A DNA stretch of 64,000 nt. Origin: Candidatus Omnitrophota bacterium (lineage in GTDB: Bacteria > Omnitrophota > Gorgyraeia > Gygaellales > Profunditerraquicolaceae). Below, piece by piece: positions 37,351-47,271 of this stretch. The notes under the pieces are model-generated. The model made no database searches. It worked only from the letters and a program-made list of their open reading frames with translations, and had not been told where the DNA came from. A program made the position numbers and the translations under genes. How positions within the stretch are numbered: the stretch's first letter is position 1; each line of letters begins with the position of its first letter. The stretch is taken from the NCBI GenBank assembly GCA_041662125.1, contig JBAZTA010000005.1, positions 52,978-116,977 on the forward strand, read 5' to 3'.

Positions 37351-39272
37351 TGGATATTTCTATAGTTGTTCCGACATTTAACCGTAAAAATAAGCTTAAA
37401 TCCTGCCTGGAATCGATTTTTGCCCAGGATTACCCCTTAGAGCGTTTTGAAATTATTGTTGTTGATGACGGCTCTACTGATGGGACCAAGGACATGGTTG
37501 CAGCATTAAAGCCTGCTTTTCCTCATCTGCGTTATTACTATCAGGAGAATCAAGGGCCGGCAGCTGCCAGGAATTTCGGGGTCAGGCAGTCAAAAGCTGA
37601 CATCGTAGGGTTTACTGATGACGATTGCCGATTAAGCAGATCATGGGTGCGCGCGATGCTTGCATCGTATGCTTTAGAGCCTTTGGCAGACGTTGTCGGA
37701 GGCAAAACAAGCGTTGATGCGCGCAACATAAAAGCGCTGGTGAGCCAGTCTTTAAGTGACGGCGCGATATTCGCGGATATAGGGGTTGAGAAAAAGATAA
37801 TTTTTTTCCCGACCTGTAATGTCTCTTATAAAAAAAGCTCTGTGAACGCAGAATTTGCTCAGTCATTCTGTTTTCCTGCCGGTGAAGACCTGGAGTTTTT
37901 CTGGAGGCTGTATAAGGGCGGAAGCAGGTTTGTTTTTAATAAAAATATCGCAATCACTCACAATTGCCATATGAACCTGAGGTCGTTTATTCGTCAGGCA
38001 TACTTATACGGCAGAGGTAATTTCCGGGTTAAGTATGTCCATCAAGACCATCCTTTATTAAAAGAAATAAAAACGAACAATATTTTTTGTTTCTTCGGGG
38101 CAACAATACTTAATTTATTGAAAATACCGCGTTTTGCTTATACGTTAGGTTTTTCTTTGGTGAAAAAACACCGCATCCGCGGGTTTTATACGCGGCTGCA
38201 GGTTTTTGCGTTTTTTATACTGCATAAGGTCGTGTATTTGCTTGGCAATTTTGTCGAATATTTCACGGTCAGAAAAATGGCTCAACCAGGACAAAGCGTT
38301 GATTGCCCTTCTATAACAAACAGCCTTCTCAAGCCGGAAACTATTATATTGGATATTACGCATCGCTGTAATCTTTTCTGCACAATTTGCGATATAAGAA
38401 AAGATAAACCTATTCTTGAATATTCCACGCAGGAAGTAAAAGATCTTATCGTGCAGGCAATTGACTGGGGAGTTCATGATTTTGTGCTCTCCGGCGGGGA
38501 AGCGCTCATGCGCAAGGATATTCTCTCAATCCTTGATTTTGTTAAGGAAAAGAAGTATTGCGTTGGTTTGCTGACAAACGGAATTTTGCTCACTCAGGAT
38601 TTCCTCAGGGTACTTTTGCCGTATTTAACTTCTGGTTCGTTATCGCTCTGTATCTCTCTTGATAGTTTGCGCGCCGCTGTTCATGACGAGATCCGCGGTC
38701 TGCCGGGGTGTTTTGATAAAACATTCGCGGGTATTACAATGCTTGCGCAGCAAAAACAAGTTTTTCCGAACATAAATTTTAACGTGATCACGATCATACT
38801 CAACGAAAACTTAGAAGAGCTGCAGACGATCGCCAGTACTGTTTTATCGTTGAATGCTAATTCTTTGCAATTTCAGCCTTTACTTTCCAATAACCGGATC
38901 TTGAAAGACAGGGCAGATAAGGTTAAATATTGGGTGCCTCGAGAACGAATACCGGTCCTTGATAAAGCCATCGATGCTCTGGTCGTCTTTAAAAAGGCTA
39001 ACCCCGCGTTTATGAGGAATTCTGAAAACAATCTTGAATTAGTAAAGAAATATTTCCGGGGAAGCCTTGTAAATTCTGATATACAGTGCCATAACGCGGC
39101 AAAAACTATGCTTATTGCCTATACCGGCGATATAACGACTTGTTTTGATTGTTATGGAAATATACGCAAAGAGCCCTTAGAGCAAATCTTTCATGCTCCT
39201 GCGGCAGAGCAGGCGCGCCGGAAAGCTGCCGGTTGCGCAGCACCGTGCCTGCTGCCATGTTTTACCGACTAA
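37350..39272 (+). CDS. Fusion protein: N-terminal family 2 glycosyltransferase + C-terminal radical SAM/SPASM domain
   Basis: N-term ISIVVPTFNRKNKLKSCLESI...EIIVVDDGSTDGT...FTDDDC (GT2). From ~aa 330 ILDITHRCNLFCTICDI (CX3CX2C), LSGGEALMRKD and C-terminal Cys cluster (CHNAAKT...TCFDCYGN...CAAPCLLPC). Single uninterrupted ORF of 640 aa. Confidence 0.75.
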   Translation: MDISIVVPTFNRKNKLKSCLESIFAQDYPLERFEIIVVDDGSTDGTKDMVAALKPAFPHLRYYYQENQGPAAARNFGVRQSKADIVGFTDDDCRLSRSWVRAMLASYALEPLADVVGGKTSVDARNIKALVSQSLSDGAIFADIGVEKKIIFFPTCNVSYKKSSVNAEFAQSFCFPAGEDLEFFWRLYKGGSRFVFNKNIAITHNCHMNLRSFIRQAYLYGRGNFRVKYVHQDHPLLKEIKTNNIFCFFGATILNLLKIPRFAYTLGFSLVKKHRIRGFYTRLQVFAFFILHKVVYLLGNFVEYFTVRKMAQPGQSVDCPSITNSLLKPETIILDITHRCNLFCTICDIRKDKPILEYSTQEVKDLIVQAIDWGVHDFVLSGGEALMRKDILSILDFVKEKKYCVGLLTNGILLTQDFLRVLLPYLTSGSLSLCISLDSLRAAVHDEIRGLPGCFDKTFAGITMLAQQKQVFPNINFNVITIILNENLEELQTIASTVLSLNANSLQFQPLLSNNRILKDRADKVKYWVPRERIPVLDKAIDALVVFKKANPAFMRNSENNLELVKKYFRGSLVNSDIQCHNAAKTMLIAYTGDITTCFDCYGNIRKEPLEQIFHAPAAEQARRKAAGCAAPCLLPCFTD

Positions 39273-39287
39273 AGCGGGATACCTACG

Positions 39288-40421
39288 ATGAGTATTGATC
39301 ATAAACGGTTGTTGTATTTGGCGCGGCGCGGCTTTCTGTTTTGGCTTTCCCGGAAAATTGACTATCCGCTTGTTTCCCCTGATTGCCTGCAGATCAATTT
39401 TACCTTCCGCTGTAATTTGCGTTGTAAAATGTGCAGTATGCAGGAGCGTATGGAGTCGTTTCGCCTGCAAAATAAACAAATAGAATTAGATAAGCAGACT
39501 ATAAAAAAGCTTATTAAAGAAGCCTTTGCTATGGGTGTTGTGTATTTGATCTTGATAGGAGGGGAGCCGTTCTTAGACCCCGGGATATATGAGATCATTG
39601 CATATGCCAAACAATGCGGGATGCGTGGTGTGACTGTTGTTACTAACGGGACGCTGTTTTCTGAACCTGTTATAAAGGAAATTTTTGATTGTAAGCTGGA
39701 TAACTTAAGTATTTCTATCGATGCGGCTTCAGAGGCAGTTGTTTCTCAAATACGAGGGGAGAACGTTTTGCAAAAGATCATCGATAACGTAACGCTGCTT
39801 AACCGGATGAAAGAACGCGCTCAGTTGGCCCTGCCGAATATTGTATGTGTATGCACAATTATGAACCAAAATGTGCATGAGATCATGGATGTTGTCGCGT
39901 TGTGCCGGAAGTTAAAGATCCCGCGGATCATCTTTCAGCCCGTTGTGCACGACAATACCGATCAAAACCGTATTGATTTCAGTTCCGATGTTTTTATCCC
40001 GGCACAAAAGTTTTCGGTGCTCGATGGTGCAATTGATTCCCTTATTGAGTATAAGCAATCAAATCGTAATAATTATGAGTTTGTTGCCAATTCGACCGTC
40101 CATTTAAAGCTAATAAAAAAATATTTCCGCTCTGCTTTAAAACCCCGGGAGCTGCCTTGTTATTCCGGTTTTAATCGTATTCAGGTGGTCCAGGAAGGAA
40201 AAATATATTTTTGCGTTAATCAGTCTGAGCATGAAGCAGTCGTGGGGAATATGAATACCGATAGTTTGAAAGCAGTGTGGTTTTCAAAAGAAGCCCGGGA
40301 CTTAAGAAAATTGATACGTAAATGCGTGTTTCCCTGTTTGCAGTGGTGCGCGTACCGCGATGAATTTATTGAGATATCAGATATTTGGGAAAAAAACAAG
40401 CTTTTTAAAAACAATCCGTAG
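39288..40421 (+). CDS. Radical SAM enzyme with SPASM-like domain
   Basis: FTFRCNLRCKMCSM, IGGEPFLDP. C-terminal CYSGFNRIQV...CVNQSEHEAVVGNM...CVFPCLQWC. Confidence 0.75.
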   Translation: MSIDHKRLLYLARRGFLFWLSRKIDYPLVSPDCLQINFTFRCNLRCKMCSMQERMESFRLQNKQIELDKQTIKKLIKEAFAMGVVYLILIGGEPFLDPGIYEIIAYAKQCGMRGVTVVTNGTLFSEPVIKEIFDCKLDNLSISIDAASEAVVSQIRGENVLQKIIDNVTLLNRMKERAQLALPNIVCVCTIMNQNVHEIMDVVALCRKLKIPRIIFQPVVHDNTDQNRIDFSSDVFIPAQKFSVLDGAIDSLIEYKQSNRNNYEFVANSTVHLKLIKKYFRSALKPRELPCYSGFNRIQVVQEGKIYFCVNQSEHEAVVGNMNTDSLKAVWFSKEARDLRKLIRKCVFPCLQWCAYRDEFIEISDIWEKNKLFKNNP

Positions 40422-40439
40422 GAAAATACAAGAAACGAT

Positions 40440-41864
40440 ATGAGAAACGCTCAAAAACAGGCAGAGTTAGTTTTGGTTATGTGCCCCTTATGGGGCGTAT
40501 CTCAGCCTCCGATCAGTATCAGTTACCTCAGTGGGTTTTTGCAGAAGCATGGTGTCAGTGTCAGATGTTTTGATTTTAGTTCGGCGTTGTATAGGGTTTT
40601 TCCGGAAAAGAAGTGCTGGGACTTGAATTTCCCGGAATATTTTATGTCTCCTGAACTTTTTAACCGGCATATCAAACCTGTTTTAAATCCGGTTATCAGC
40701 GATTGGGCTGGGCAAATTCTGGCGTTGCGTCCTTCTGTGGTAGGGTTTTCTTTATTTATGTCAAATATGTCTGCGAGTTTGCTTTTAGCTCAGGAGCTCA
40801 AAAAACGTGCCCCTGATCTTCTAATCGTCGCGGGAGGCTGTGAAGTCACCAGGATCAAACGCATATACGTTGACGGCATACAGCGCAGAGCGCATCTGGA
40901 TACCGATGTTATAGACAGCGGTGTTTTTGACCTGTTTATTGACGGGGAGGGGGAACAATCACTCTTGGAAATAGTTTCTTTGATCAGGAAAAATGAGGAT
41001 TTTCATTTGATCAAGGGCGCAGTGTTCCGCCAAAATGGGAAGTTTGTTGCCAACCCGCCGCAAGAGCTCATGGCTAACCTCGATATCGTGCCGCCTCCTG
41101 ATTTCCATGATTTTTTTCTTGATGATTATACAAGGCGCAGCCTGCCGATCGTTACCAGCCGCGGTTGCGTGAACCGGTGTACTTTTTGTGCCGACAGCCC
41201 TTTGTGGAAAGTCTACCGGTACCAGTCAGCGGAAAAAGTTTTTAACGAATTCTCTTTCTTATCCAAAGAATACGGCATCTCTGATTTTGAAATAGTCGAT
41301 TCAACGTTTAACGGTAATATCGAGCGCGTGGATAAGCTCTGCGCGTTGATCATTAAGTCTGGCTTAAAGATCCGCTGGGCAGCAAAAGCGACGCTGCGCA
41401 AAGAAATGGATCATGCTTTGTTATGCCATATGCAAAAAGCCGGTTGCGTCGATCTTGCTTATGGCGTAGAAAGCGGCTCCTACCGTGTGCTGCAGGATAT
41501 GCGTAAGAATACCGATCTGCTTGAGATCAAAAGGATCATACGAGATACCTGGAAAGCAAAGATCCGGGTGAATAGTTTTTTCCTGATCGGTTACCCGACA
41601 GAAACGGAAGATGATTTTCAGTTAACCCTTGATTTTGTCAAGGAAAACGCGCGCTATATTCATCGTTTTGACCAGATCACCGGTTGCCATTTAGAAGAAG
41701 ATTCTTATTTGAGCCTTAATGCACAGCAATATGGTATCGAGATAAAAGATGACGGGTGGTGGAGCCCTGTGAGCACGCCTGCTATACGTAAAGACCGGCT
41801 CAATAGGTTTCGTGAACTTGCGCGCAAACTCCATGCGCATTATCGCTGTGAAGTGCAGCTGTGA
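40440..41864 (+). CDS. B12-binding (class B) radical SAM enzyme
   Basis: TSRGCVNRCTFCADS, GVESGSYRVLQDM. N-terminal B12-binding-like domain. Confidence 0.75.
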   Translation: MRNAQKQAELVLVMCPLWGVSQPPISISYLSGFLQKHGVSVRCFDFSSALYRVFPEKKCWDLNFPEYFMSPELFNRHIKPVLNPVISDWAGQILALRPSVVGFSLFMSNMSASLLLAQELKKRAPDLLIVAGGCEVTRIKRIYVDGIQRRAHLDTDVIDSGVFDLFIDGEGEQSLLEIVSLIRKNEDFHLIKGAVFRQNGKFVANPPQELMANLDIVPPPDFHDFFLDDYTRRSLPIVTSRGCVNRCTFCADSPLWKVYRYQSAEKVFNEFSFLSKEYGISDFEIVDSTFNGNIERVDKLCALIIKSGLKIRWAAKATLRKEMDHALLCHMQKAGCVDLAYGVESGSYRVLQDMRKNTDLLEIKRIIRDTWKAKIRVNSFFLIGYPTETEDDFQLTLDFVKENARYIHRFDQITGCHLEEDSYLSLNAQQYGIEIKDDGWWSPVSTPAIRKDRLNRFRELARKLHAHYRCEVQL

Positions 41865-43021
41865 TACATATGAAACTGCTTAAAGAATTAGAAAAGAACC
41901 TGGGGTATTATTTCTCAGGGGTAGTTAATGCCCCTTTGAGTAAACCGCATTGGATATTTGTGAGCCTGACGCATCGCTGTAATTATTCTTGTCAAATGTG
42001 CGGAGTAAGCAAGATCTTACGGGAGCATGAGTTGGATTTTGGGCTCCTGCAAAAAGTTTTTAAAGAGATAGCAGGATGGGATTCTGATTGTGTCATGGTT
42101 TTTACCGGCGGGGAGCCTTTTTTGCGCAAGGATATATTTGAGATCATTGCCTGCGCGGTTTCTCTGGGAATTAAAACTGAGTTGGTCAGCAATGGAAGCC
42201 AAATTATAGACAGGGCTATCGCGCGCAAGATAATACGTTCGGGATTAAGCAATATCGCTATTTCTCTTGATGGCGCATCTGCAAAGGTCCATGATGGCAT
42301 ACGGGGAGTTCCCGGCGCATTTGAGATGGCTTTGGATGCGTTAGGCTTCTTAAGTGAAGAAAAAAAGTTGTATCCTTGCGGCCCGCAGATCTCTGTTTGG
42401 ACGACCATAATGAAAGAAAATGTATTTGAGTTGTCACAGATCATTCCCGTAACCAGGGCGCAAGGCGTTGAATGCCTCGTATATCACCCGGTGATTGTGA
42501 CGCAAGATGATATGCAAAATACGATCAAATCCGGGCATTTTTGGGTTACCGAAGAATATATCGCGCCTTTAAAACAACAAATAGAAAAAATAGCCGCATA
42601 TCAGAAGAAAGAAGGGTATGTCGCATTTTTGCATGACCCATTTTTATGGCTTCGATATTTTCAGTGGGATCTTACAAAAGAAGACTGGAAATGTAATCCT
42701 TTTGTTTTTATTGATATCGGGCCTGATGCCTTTGTAAGAAGCTGCGGCCCGGCTTTTGGCAATGTCAAAGAAATGACCTTGAGTGAATGTTTAGAGACTA
42801 AGGAAGCAAATCGGGCGCGGGAAAGAATGCTGCGCTGTGATCGGCCGTGTTTACAGACTTGCTGGGGCAGGCCGGAGGCCGACGCTTTAGAAGATATCGT
42901 GCGGAATTTCAGCAAAGAAGTAGAGGGCTTGCGCGTTTCAAAAGGGCGGAAAAAAGATGTGTTGAACGCTGCTGTCGCGTTATTGTCACGGTATGAATCC
43001 ATGATCCGCAAAGATTATTAA
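41861..43021 (+). CDS. Radical SAM enzyme with SPASM-like domain
   Basis: LTHRCNYSCQMCGV, FTGGEPFLRKD. C-terminal CGPAFGNVKEM...CDRPCLQTC. Confidence 0.75.
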   Translation: MIHMKLLKELEKNLGYYFSGVVNAPLSKPHWIFVSLTHRCNYSCQMCGVSKILREHELDFGLLQKVFKEIAGWDSDCVMVFTGGEPFLRKDIFEIIACAVSLGIKTELVSNGSQIIDRAIARKIIRSGLSNIAISLDGASAKVHDGIRGVPGAFEMALDALGFLSEEKKLYPCGPQISVWTTIMKENVFELSQIIPVTRAQGVECLVYHPVIVTQDDMQNTIKSGHFWVTEEYIAPLKQQIEKIAAYQKKEGYVAFLHDPFLWLRYFQWDLTKEDWKCNPFVFIDIGPDAFVRSCGPAFGNVKEMTLSECLETKEANRARERMLRCDRPCLQTCWGRPEADALEDIVRNFSKEVEGLRVSKGRKKDVLNAAVALLSRYESMIRKDY

Positions 43022-43023
43022 AA

Positions 43024-44187
43024 ATGGAACCACGATTATCAGAAGTGATTATTTCGATCACAAACCGCTGTAATTTGCAGTGCGCGATGTGCCAGATACC
43101 GTTGAGGGCTGCTCCGGAAATGACGACGCCTGAACTCAAAGGCTTGATCGAGGATATCGTTGATCTGCATCCCCGCAGTATCGTTTTTAGCGGCGGGGAG
43201 CCGCTCATGCGTCCTGATATCGGCGAGCTGATCGCGTTCGCGAATCAGCGTAAAGTCAATACCTGCCTTACCTCAAACGGGACAATGATCACTGATCAAA
43301 CGGCTGCCATGCTTGCCTCATCAGGTGTGGGCGTGGTCAATGTTTCTATTGAGGGTGGCCAAGAGATCCATGACGCGTTGCGCGGGCGCGGTAATTATAA
43401 GAAAGCTGTTGATGCTTTGGAAAACTTACGGCGCCATAAGATCGAAACAACGATCGCTACCATGGTATGTAACCTGAATTTCGGCTCCCTTTCTGAAGTC
43501 ATGGAATTGGCCGCTCGTTTTGGGGTAACGACGGTAAAATTCCAGCCGTTCAGCGATATATTCTTAAAGGATAAGGCGGACGCCGGCCGGTTTTTTTGCG
43601 GCGAAAAAACAATCGATGATATCCGCGGGAACATAGAAAAAGTCATAGAACTCTCCAGGAAATACAGGATTTCTACTAATCCGCCTGCTTATCTGAGGAA
43701 TATTCCCGAGTACCTCACGGGCATGAGCAAGTATAGTACAAATGTTCAATGCCCTGCTTTATGGACTTCCTGCCCGATCTCTTCAGAAGGGGATGTCCAT
43801 CTCTGTTGGGTGCTTTCTGAAATTGTTATCGGCAATTGTAAGAGTAAAAAGATCACTGAGATCTGGGGCTCGGTTGCCCATGACCGGTTGCGAAAATCCG
43901 TGCTGAAAGATAAATGTTCAGGCTGCCTTATGAGTTGCTATGATACGCAGTACGGTACCAATAGTATCCCTGAATTGATAGCTCTTAAAGCCCGGAAAAT
44001 AAAACAGCCTCAATTCTACAAGCGCCAGTATTTTAGGGCGTATCAATACGCGCAATACCTTTTTAAGAAAGTTTTCAATACCCTGCTGCGTTTAAATAAT
44101 CCTCTTAAGAAAAATAAAAAAGCGGTATCCCTGGTTTTAGACGAGATTCGCGCCGCAAAAGATTTCTTAAGGAAACAAATGCATTGA
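43024..44187 (+). CDS. Radical SAM enzyme with SPASM-like domain
   Basis: ITNRCNLQCAMCQI, FSGGEPLMRPD. C-terminal CPALWTSCPISSEGDVHLCW...CSGCLMSCYD. Confidence 0.75.
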   Translation: MEPRLSEVIISITNRCNLQCAMCQIPLRAAPEMTTPELKGLIEDIVDLHPRSIVFSGGEPLMRPDIGELIAFANQRKVNTCLTSNGTMITDQTAAMLASSGVGVVNVSIEGGQEIHDALRGRGNYKKAVDALENLRRHKIETTIATMVCNLNFGSLSEVMELAARFGVTTVKFQPFSDIFLKDKADAGRFFCGEKTIDDIRGNIEKVIELSRKYRISTNPPAYLRNIPEYLTGMSKYSTNVQCPALWTSCPISSEGDVHLCWVLSEIVIGNCKSKKITEIWGSVAHDRLRKSVLKDKCSGCLMSCYDTQYGTNSIPELIALKARKIKQPQFYKRQYFRAYQYAQYLFKKVFNTLLRLNNPLKKNKKAVSLVLDEIRAAKDFLRKQMH

Positions 44188-45470
44188 GAGTGGATAGTAT
44201 GAATGATGTTTGCCTCTATATTCCCTGCTATAATTCTGAAAAAACGATTCGTTTGAGCCTTGAGGCAGTGTTAAAGCAGTCGTATCCGTTAAAAGAGGTC
44301 CTCGTTATTGATGACTGTTCCAGCGATAAAAGCGTTGAGATCGTTTCGTCATATCCGGTAAAACTCCTGCGGCTTGATACTAACAGCGGGTTGGCATCGG
44401 TAAGGAATATTGCAATACATACTTTAAAATCTGAATATGTCGCATCGGTGGATGCGGATTGTGTGCCTGAAAAAGATTGGCTCAAGTATAGTATGCGCAG
44501 ATTCGACCGGAAAGGGATTGCCGGGGTAGGCGGAAAGCTTGTTGAGCGAAACCAGTCGAGCTTAGCTGATATCTGGCGCAGCGTGCACATGAAGCAGCAC
44601 TGGGATGGGGCAGGGAATAACCCTGAATTTTTATTCGGTTCAAATACTGTATTTAAAAAAGAAACTTTGGTGAATATTGGAGGTTATAACGAAATATTAA
44701 GGAATAATTACGAGGATGTTGATATTTGCAACCGCTTGGAGAAGGCGGGGTATAGTTATGTATACGAGCCTGAGGCGATAGCGTATCATTATAAACAGGA
44801 TGATGCCTGTTCTGTCCTTAATAATTTCTGGAGATGGTATTTCCCGTATAATCAGAGCCAGGGCTTTTATTCCGGTGAGGAAAAATTATTGTTAAAGGTA
44901 AAGGATAACCTGGGGTTGGCAAACCGTTTTATCGGTGAGGATGCGGCTGCCGGCCGCCAGGAGCTGCTTTATTTGGATTTTCTACTGGCGTTCCATCATT
45001 CGTTAAAAGACCTGGAATATATGTTTATTTGCCAATCTTCGTCGTATCCTGATTCTCTGCCGTCTACCTATTGGCTGTCGTTAGTTGATCTGACGTTCGC
45101 ATGCCACGTAAACCTGCCGGGCAAGGATTTGCTGACTTTTTTGCCTGAGTCAAACGCTTTTGTCCAGAACTGCCTCGCGCTTAACCTGATCTTAGGAGGA
45201 TTGTTGAAAAAAGAATTTAAGAGTGACAATTTTAACAGGCTTTTGTTTAAACATCTGCTGTTTTCTTTGGATACCTTTGATGATGATGCTTTCTTGGACG
45301 CTATGGCTAACCTGGTTAATTATCATACGGATTGGCGCCTGTTGTTTCAGGCGAAGCATCCGTATCTTAATTCTTTGTTCCTTGAGCATTTTATTAATGT
45401 TTTCAACAATTGGATCTGGAACCTCAAGCCCTGCATTAAAGGGATTGAATCGTCCGCTCAAAAATTTTGA
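44184..45470 (+). CDS. Family 2 glycosyltransferase with C-terminal extension
   Basis: CLYIPCYNSEKTIRLSLEAVLKQSYPLKEVLVIDDCSSDKS. DAD motif. Confidence 0.75.
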   Translation: MRVDSMNDVCLYIPCYNSEKTIRLSLEAVLKQSYPLKEVLVIDDCSSDKSVEIVSSYPVKLLRLDTNSGLASVRNIAIHTLKSEYVASVDADCVPEKDWLKYSMRRFDRKGIAGVGGKLVERNQSSLADIWRSVHMKQHWDGAGNNPEFLFGSNTVFKKETLVNIGGYNEILRNNYEDVDICNRLEKAGYSYVYEPEAIAYHYKQDDACSVLNNFWRWYFPYNQSQGFYSGEEKLLLKVKDNLGLANRFIGEDAAAGRQELLYLDFLLAFHHSLKDLEYMFICQSSSYPDSLPSTYWLSLVDLTFACHVNLPGKDLLTFLPESNAFVQNCLALNLILGGLLKKEFKSDNFNRLLFKHLLFSLDTFDDDAFLDAMANLVNYHTDWRLLFQAKHPYLNSLFLEHFINVFNNWIWNLKPCIKGIESSAQKF

Positions 45471-45496
45471 TCACACTATTGTTTTAATAAAAAGGA

Positions 45497-45913
45497 GTGA
45501 CTATGAAAAGAAAAAAGATGCCGACAACACGTGTTTTAGATCTTACCGCGATAGCGGTCCTGGTGGTGGGGCTTGTATTATGCGGCTATGTGCTTTTTTT
45601 TAAGTTTATCGGTGTCAAGTCGGTGCTCATCAGTATTGTAACATTTCTGATGAGCGTTGTTTTAGCCGCGTTGATCCGCATGATCGGGATAATGGGTGAG
45701 TTCCTGTATACGATCACAGAATCTTTGTTTACCCTGAATCAATCGGTTGTATCATTGTCTGATGATGTTTTACGCCAGGAGCTATCGGAAATCTCGGAAA
45801 TAAAGCATGGTATTGAGAAAATAAGTTCAGACACAAAAGATATTACCGTGAGTATTGATGATATTAATGTTTTTTTTCAGAAAATAGAGCGGCATTTAGA
45901 CCTGAAAAGATAA
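45497..45913 (+). CDS. Small membrane protein, hypothetical
   Basis: AAAAGGAG RBS upstream. Two TM helices, then a predicted coiled-coil tail. Confidence 0.5.
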   Translation: MTMKRKKMPTTRVLDLTAIAVLVVGLVLCGYVLFFKFIGVKSVLISIVTFLMSVVLAALIRMIGIMGEFLYTITESLFTLNQSVVSLSDDVLRQELSEISEIKHGIEKISSDTKDITVSIDDINVFFQKIERHLDLKR

Positions 45914-47271
45914 TGCGCATTGTATTGTTGAACCTTCCCTGGAGAAAACAGGGTTGTTTTGGGGTCAGGGCCGGCTCTCGCTGGCCTTTCACGGTTAAAC
46001 CGCGCACCGAGGGGCCCCTGCAGTATCTGCCGTTCCCTTTTTTCCTCGCATACGCTACAGCGCTTCTGAATCAGCAAAAACACAACGCGATGCTTATTGA
46101 CGCGATCGCGCAAGGGATGGATGAACATCTCATCCTCGACAAAGTTCGATTGCTTATGCCGGAGCTTATGGTCATAGAAACCTCAACTCCAAGTTTCGAT
46201 AATGATATCAATATTATTAAAGGCCTTGCGCGCGCGGTTCCCGCATGTCAGATAGTCTTGTGCGGCCCTCATGCCAGCGTGTATCCGAAATTTATCCTTG
46301 AACAGTATGATTTTGTTTCATTTGTTTTAGTCGGCGAGTATGAAATGACTCTCGCCGATTTAGCTAAAGCCAGAAGCCAAGGGCTGCCTTTGAGATCGGT
46401 GCCGGGTTTAGCTTTTCGTAAAGGCAAAGAGGTCTTTGTTACTGCTCGAAGAAAGACGCTCGGCGACCTTGATAGCTTGCCCTTGCCGGAAAGGGAATCC
46501 CTTCCCCTATATAATTATAATGATGGATTTTGCGGATTAGCTCAGCCTAATGTGCAGATGGTTTCCAGCCGCGGGTGCCCGTTCAATTGTACCTATTGCC
46601 TTTGGCCGCAAACACTGTATTTTGAACGCAAATACAGGAAACGAAACCCCGTCAAAGTAATAGATGAAATGGAGTTTTTGATCAAGAATTACCGGTTTAA
46701 AGCGGTATATTTCGACGATGACTTGTTTAATTATGATAAGGATCATGTCGCGGGGATTTGCCGTGAGATCGTTAAAAGAGGGATCTCTATCCCCTGGGCA
46801 GTAATGGCGCGCGCGGATTTGATGAATGAGGGTATGCTTGAACAGATGTCTGAGGCTGGGTTATACGCGGTAAAGTATGGCATTGAAGCGGTCAATAAGA
46901 ATATCTTAGGTTTGTGCAGGAAACAAATGAACTTGAAGAAAGCCTGTTCTATGATCGCCTTTACCAAAAAACTCGGCATAAAAATTCATTTAACCTTTTG
47001 TTTGGGGTTACCCGGAGAAACAAACACTACGCTTCGGGAAACCCGTGATTTCATCGATGCTGTAAAGCCTGATTCTTTGCAATTTTCTTTTGCAACGCCG
47101 TTTCCCGGGACGCGGTATTTTGATTTTGTGGAAAAAAAAGGGTATCTTGTATCGCGTGACTGGGGAGATTATGATGGAAATTTGCGGTGTATCGTTAAGA
47201 CGGCTGCGTTAAGCGCGCAGGAATTAGAAGGTGTTCGCAATGATCTCTATCGTTATTATAACCTGCAATAG
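45913..47271 (+). CDS. B12-binding (class B) radical SAM enzyme
   Basis: SSRGCPFNCTYCLWP, GIEAVNKNILGL. N-terminal B12-binding-like domain. Confidence 0.75.
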   Translation: MRIVLLNLPWRKQGCFGVRAGSRWPFTVKPRTEGPLQYLPFPFFLAYATALLNQQKHNAMLIDAIAQGMDEHLILDKVRLLMPELMVIETSTPSFDNDINIIKGLARAVPACQIVLCGPHASVYPKFILEQYDFVSFVLVGEYEMTLADLAKARSQGLPLRSVPGLAFRKGKEVFVTARRKTLGDLDSLPLPERESLPLYNYNDGFCGLAQPNVQMVSSRGCPFNCTYCLWPQTLYFERKYRKRNPVKVIDEMEFLIKNYRFKAVYFDDDLFNYDKDHVAGICREIVKRGISIPWAVMARADLMNEGMLEQMSEAGLYAVKYGIEAVNKNILGLCRKQMNLKKACSMIAFTKKLGIKIHLTFCLGLPGETNTTLRETRDFIDAVKPDSLQFSFATPFPGTRYFDFVEKKGYLVSRDWGDYDGNLRCIVKTAALSAQELEGVRNDLYRYYNLQ

